Of a stretch of DNA of 64,000 nucleotides, positions 56,509 to 64,000 are shown piece by piece. A program made the translations under genes and the position numbers. The notes under the pieces were generated by a model. That model ran no database searches and was not told where the DNA came from. It saw only the letters and a list, made by a program, of their open reading frames with translations. The stretch lies in the NCBI RefSeq assembly GCF_009914755.1, contig NC_060943.1; one strand, written 5' to 3'. Position 1 is the stretch's first letter. Each line of letters begins with the position of its first letter. The DNA is from the human T2T-CHM13v2.0 reference genome, Homo sapiens.

Positions 56509-56626
56509 AGGGCTCGGTCGCCAGCAACCGAGCGGGGCCCGGCCCGAGCGGGGCCTGGGGGTGCGACGCCGAGGGCGGGGGAGCGCGCGCCGCTGCTCCC
56601 GGACCGGGCCGCGCACGCCGCCTCAG
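56509..56626 (+). other. KDM4B: KDM4B non-coding exon 1 (5'UTR); intron 1 runs to the window end
   Basis: AGGGCTCGGTCGCCAGCAACC...CCTCAG|gtgagc donor; recognised as the KDM4B (JMJD2B) mRNA 5' end; no ATG in the exon; known neighbour of UHRF1. Confidence 0.85.
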
Positions 56627-59589
56627 GTGAGCCCACGGGGAGGCCGCCCGGCCGTGTCCGAGCGCGGACCCCGCCGCCATGGCCGCCCCCGCGTCGCGGC
56701 TCGGGGCTGCGGGCGCGCCCGGGACTCGAGGCCCAGGCCTCGGGCGCGGCCTGCTCGGGCCGGGCCTCGCGCTTTGTCCGGGCCGGCGGGGCGGTTGGGG
56801 GCGTTAACCGCCCGGCCCGGGGGCGCCCGCTGGTTTTCGGGCGGGGGCGGCGGGGCCGGACAATGGCGGGGCGCGCCCAGGGGCGGGAGCGGGGGCCCCT
56901 TCCCGGGCCGGGGGCGCGCGGGGGCTGGGCACAGACGGCCCCGGCGCCCCGCACAAAAGATGACAGCGTGGGTGGCCCCGGCCGGGCCCTTTTATCACCC
57001 GGGACAAGCCTCGGCCTATTATTATTATTATTTTTGAAAGAAAGCAAGAAAAAGGAAAAAGACCCCAGCCCCTGGGTAACCCCCGCCTGCGTTTCTGGCC
57101 CTTTGGGCGCCAGGGGGGCTAAGGGGAAGCCCCCCAGCTGGACACCCAGGGATGCCCCCTAAATGCCTATCATTGCTCCTGCACTGCCCCCACCTCCGGT
57201 CAACCTGCTATGCCTTGGTAGCTTCCAAACTTGCCCCCCTGTACGTACCCGAAACCCCCACCCCGCCATAAGCATATGCAATCTGGATTTTAGAAAAAAA
57301 TCATCTTGCTATGCAACGGCAGCCTCCACGAGTCTCTCCGTCCCTCCCCCTTCCAGCCTGATCGCCATCTCGAACGAAGCCCCTGCTCTAGAGAAATGAA
57401 TTGAGGAGTTGCTTCCGCCGAGACCCCTTTTCTGTGTCCCCCGTGGACATCCCCCTGGGAGCTGGGGACGGACTCGCTCTGAAATCTGCTTGACCTGGGG
57501 TCTGCCAGGGCCCAGGTCTGCGCTCAGTGGTGGCCATGACAATCAGGCAGGACGGGGGACTCTGTCCACCTGGGCACGGTGGAAGGTTTTAAGGGGCATG
57601 TTTTCCGCCCCTGGGGGCAGTGGAGGCATGGACTGCTTTTGGGTGCATCCCATCTGTTTGCTTGGGGGAGGATGCTTCTGTTTTAATAATTTACCAGCAC
57701 CCTGTGAGGAAGTGTTCCCCGAGTTGTGAAACTAGTGAGAAGGTGGTTCAGCTCCGTGGAGCCTAGTGATCCTGTCATATGTGAAGAGCGTCTTTTTCCA
57801 TGTGTTTCTGGCTGGGGCGTGTATTCAGCAAGTTCCTTTGGGTCCCACCGGGTGCCTGCACTGTCTTGGGATCTCTGGATACTGGACTGAATTCAAGGGA
57901 TCGGTGCCCTGCCCCAGTCCTCTGCCTCAATGGCCATTTATCAGAATGTCCCCGGGCTGGAGAATGCTCCTAAAAACAGCACCAGTCCTAAAGCAGGCTC
58001 ATTAGACGACTCCTATGGGCTTTTATCACTGCCGTTATGGGAGCTAATGACTCCCCTAATTCTCCAATAATAGCTTCCTTATGAGCCACCAGGAGGGTTT
58101 GTCAACACACACATCCTCTCTCCGCTTTGCAGTTTATGTTTTGAAACCCTGAAGGTCGGAGCGTAAAGCCGTGGTAGAGTCAACTTCTGTCTGAGCCGAG
58201 GATTTCTGGGACTTGCCAGCCTCGTCTCCGTGTGTCTGATTGGACACCTGGCAGGTCCGGGCGCTCCCCCTCCTTGAGCCGGCGACACCAGGACGGGTCA
58301 GACTGTCCTGGCCTAGAGGAGGTCACCGCTGGGGAGGAAAAGGGGGTAACGGAGATTCTGCCGCACAGACGGGTGTCTGTGTACAGGCTGTTTTGGTGGA
58401 AGCGTCTACTGTGTCAGGAGCTGCGGGTGCCTGCGTGTGCACGTGTGTGTTTAGTTGCTGAGACCTGAAATATATATGTCTTAGTAACAATCCGTTTGCT
58501 CGCATTTTCTAACCCTTTCCTCTTTGGGGAGGGGGCTGCTAACAAGATGTTAACTGCTGGCGCTTAAAGGTATAGCTGATCAGCCACCGCACAGCACCCC
58601 GCCTGGCCTTTGTTGTACTTTTCTGTCTCGTGGAAGAGACCCTTCCTCAGCCTCCTGCCCTGTCTTCAGTCCCTGTCCCGTCCTGCAGGAGCCCTCTGGG
58701 GTGGCCAGGGGCCGTCCTCTGTGTCCTTCTCTCCCACCTGACCACTCTGCCTGTACTTTAATTCCTAATTTCTCTGTCTCCTCTGCTGGTTTCCTGCCCG
58801 TTTGTCCTATGCCCCACCCACTCCCTGATGAGCCGGGGAGGAGCCTCAGCTCTGGGGAAGCCATCTGTCCTCGGTTCCATCTGACACCTGTGGGGACGTG
58901 CCTTGGGGTCATGCGTTCACCTGGTCTGGGGCTGCTAGGTTTCCAGTGCCGAGTGCCATGCCGGGACAGGTTGGGAGGAGTCCCTGGCTCCTGTGGGTTT
59001 AGAGTGTAGTGGGGGAAAGGGTGAGCTGGCTGCCCAGGGCCTGGTCACAGCTGGAATGGTGGTGTGCAGTCCGCTGCCCTCGGGCCCAGCTCAGGGAGCA
59101 GGCAGGAGGAGGCGAGGCTGTTGAGGGCCTGAGGTGCATTTGTAGGTGGCTTTGTTCCCTGGATCGGGGAGCGGAATTGGGGGTTCAGAGCTGGGTGACC
59201 TTGACCCAGTCACTTGCTCAGTGACAAAGCAGATCGGGGGCACTAAATCTTTCGGAGCCCACTGGGCAGGAGGGGACGGAGAGCAGATGAACAGGGTGGG
59301 GGCTCGGGGCGGGGGGAGCTCCGCAGGCCTGCACTGGTCACCGCCATGACAGATCGGCCGTCCTCATCCACAGCCTCACCCTAGGCTCCTGGCTCAGCTC
59401 CAGGGACCTGCCATGAGGCAGCTCGATGGGGTCTTCAGATGCCACAGCCCTCCCCCTTCCTGCCCCAGGGGTCTCTGTTCCTGGCTTAGGATGCCGGACA
59501 GAAGAGCAGGGGCCCAGCCTGGGCTCCGTTCTCATCTGGTGGTCTTGACGACGTCTCTGGATCTCTGCCCTCTGTCCCATGCCCCACAC

Positions 59590-60008
59590 AGGCTTCAGAG
59601 TTGGAGAGACCTGGATTCAGATCCCTCCTCTGAGGCAGTCACTTCCCCTCTCTGGGCCTTGCTTTCTTCTCTGTAAAATGGGTGTAATGGGAACACCTCC
59701 CTCCCAGGTGGTTGTGAGGATCAAAGCGGGTAAAAGGCGCTGAAGCTTGCAGGGTGCCAGGAGCTCTGAGTTCGGAGCCGGTTTATTACACAGCAAGGCC
59801 CTCTGCCCTGTCAGGGTCTCCCCACCTCTGCCCTATCCACGTTCTGGGCTGGGACATTCTGTGGCGGGGCTGTCCTGGGCACCGTAGGGTGAGTGTGAAC
59901 AATATCCCTGACCACCACCCACCAGATGCTAGTAGCACCCTGTCCCCTAAGCGGTAGCAACCAAAAATGTCCCCTGGGAAGCACTGTCAACCCCGCAGTG
60001 AGAACCTT
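59590..60008. mobile_element. MIR (~59590-59760) and a MER20 copy (~59810-60008)
   Basis: ctgtaaaatgggtgtaat...gttgtgaggatcaaa; cccaccagatgctagtagcaccc...caaccaaaaatgtc. Confidence 0.7.
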
Positions 60009-60547
60009 GGACTTGGCCTTCAGCCCTGCAGTAGCTCATGGTGTGCTGTGACCGTGATGGGCCTCAGCTCCCTTTCTTTCCTCCCCACTCACCCTTTAGC
60101 AGTGAGTGACTCCTATTTGCAAACTGTGTCCCGGACACACTCCTCACCTGGTTGTTCAGGTTCTCCGTGACTGTCCTTCTGCCCTTCCAGGGTGGCAGCT
60201 TCCACCTGAGAGGAGAGGAGCCCCCACGGGGTCCCCTGCACGCCCTGCAATGAGGGGCAGCCCGGCATCTGTGGGGTCTTCTGGGCTGCTCTCTGGCCTC
60301 TGAGCTCCGGGTCTTCCTGGGCTGCTCTTTGGCCTCTGAGCTTTGGCAGGTCCTTGCCCAGGCTTGCTTGGCTGCCCCCAGGGGTGGCACTTCCACACCC
60401 TCCCAGTCACCATAGCCCTGACCTGTCGATTTGCCAGACAGTTTTCTTTAAGTCCATTTAAAAATGACTCACCTCTTTGATCTTGGCCTCTTCCTGAACA
60501 GTAATGTCCCCAGAGTTGTGGAACGTTAATGTGCTAGTTGCACATAC

Positions 60548-63624
<3,077 letters not shown>

Positions 63625-64000
63625 GGTCATGGGTCATTTCAAGGATCCTTAAAACTGCAGGAATGTGAGAAAATGCGATGCTGACATCCACCCAGACAGC
63701 CTCACCATAAAGGAGGGAAAAAACAGCTACAAACAGTGTAGGTGGGGGGAACGCTTCGCTGTTTGAGACGCCAGACTCTCTTGCTCTGGGATTCACGCGG
63801 CTGCCTTTCTGTTACAGCTCACCAAGCGTCAGAAGCACGTCGAGCCGTGTACTCGGCCCAAGGAGTTCAGTGTGACCTGGCAGGAACTGAGGGTTTGTTT
63901 AAAAGGAAGACAGCATTGCACAATTTCACAAGGCTTTTGTTTTGTAAGCATCGGAACTCTCCTCGTTACCAGTGCTAGCGCCCCCGATGGGAGGGGCAGG

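Larger units (their letters stand above)
55940..57020. promoter_or_regulatory. CpG island at the KDM4B promoter / exon 1
   Basis: Very high GC with undepleted CpG over ~1.1 kb, no interspersed repeats. Confidence 0.95.

Noticed and set aside
56029-57162. 195-269 aa ORFs over the CpG island
   Set aside because: Arg/Gly/Pro-rich artefacts of extreme GC; the KDM4B coding start lies outside the window.

Overview
Human (or very close great-ape) genomic DNA matching the UHRF1-KDM4B locus (19p13.3). It is GC-rich and extremely Alu-dense. The window starts inside UHRF1 intron 2 and holds 15 coding exons on + (exons 3-17 in the usual 17-exon numbering, 16453-48025). All junctions are GT-AG, and the exons splice into 2229 nt of open frame (742 aa + TGA) covering the C-half of UBL, TTD, PHD, SRA, the polybasic linker and RING. 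A ~1.35 kb 3'UTR with two AATAAA signals follows. The mirtron-type MIR4747 hairpin ends at the exon 5 acceptor. About 7.1 kb downstream lie the CpG-island promoter (7 CCAAT boxes, TATA, HRE cores), non-coding exon 1 and the start of intron 1 of KDM4B. Nearly all ORFs in the supplied track are Alu- or GC-derived noise. Leads most worth checking: (1) old MER20 copies, and also L1M copies, that share identical derived GC-shifted words despite diverged flanks, suggesting local concerted evolution or selection on a motif; (2) further hairpins ending at UHRF1 3' splice sites, especially a perfect 14-bp stem in intron 6; (3) a decayed GC-type donor that appears to have added ASGSP to exon 15; (4) an in-frame, stop-free intron 8; (5) an inverted Alu pair tightly bracketing exons 12-13. 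Gene, exon and repeat-family names come from recognition, not from a database search. Repeat boundaries are approximate.
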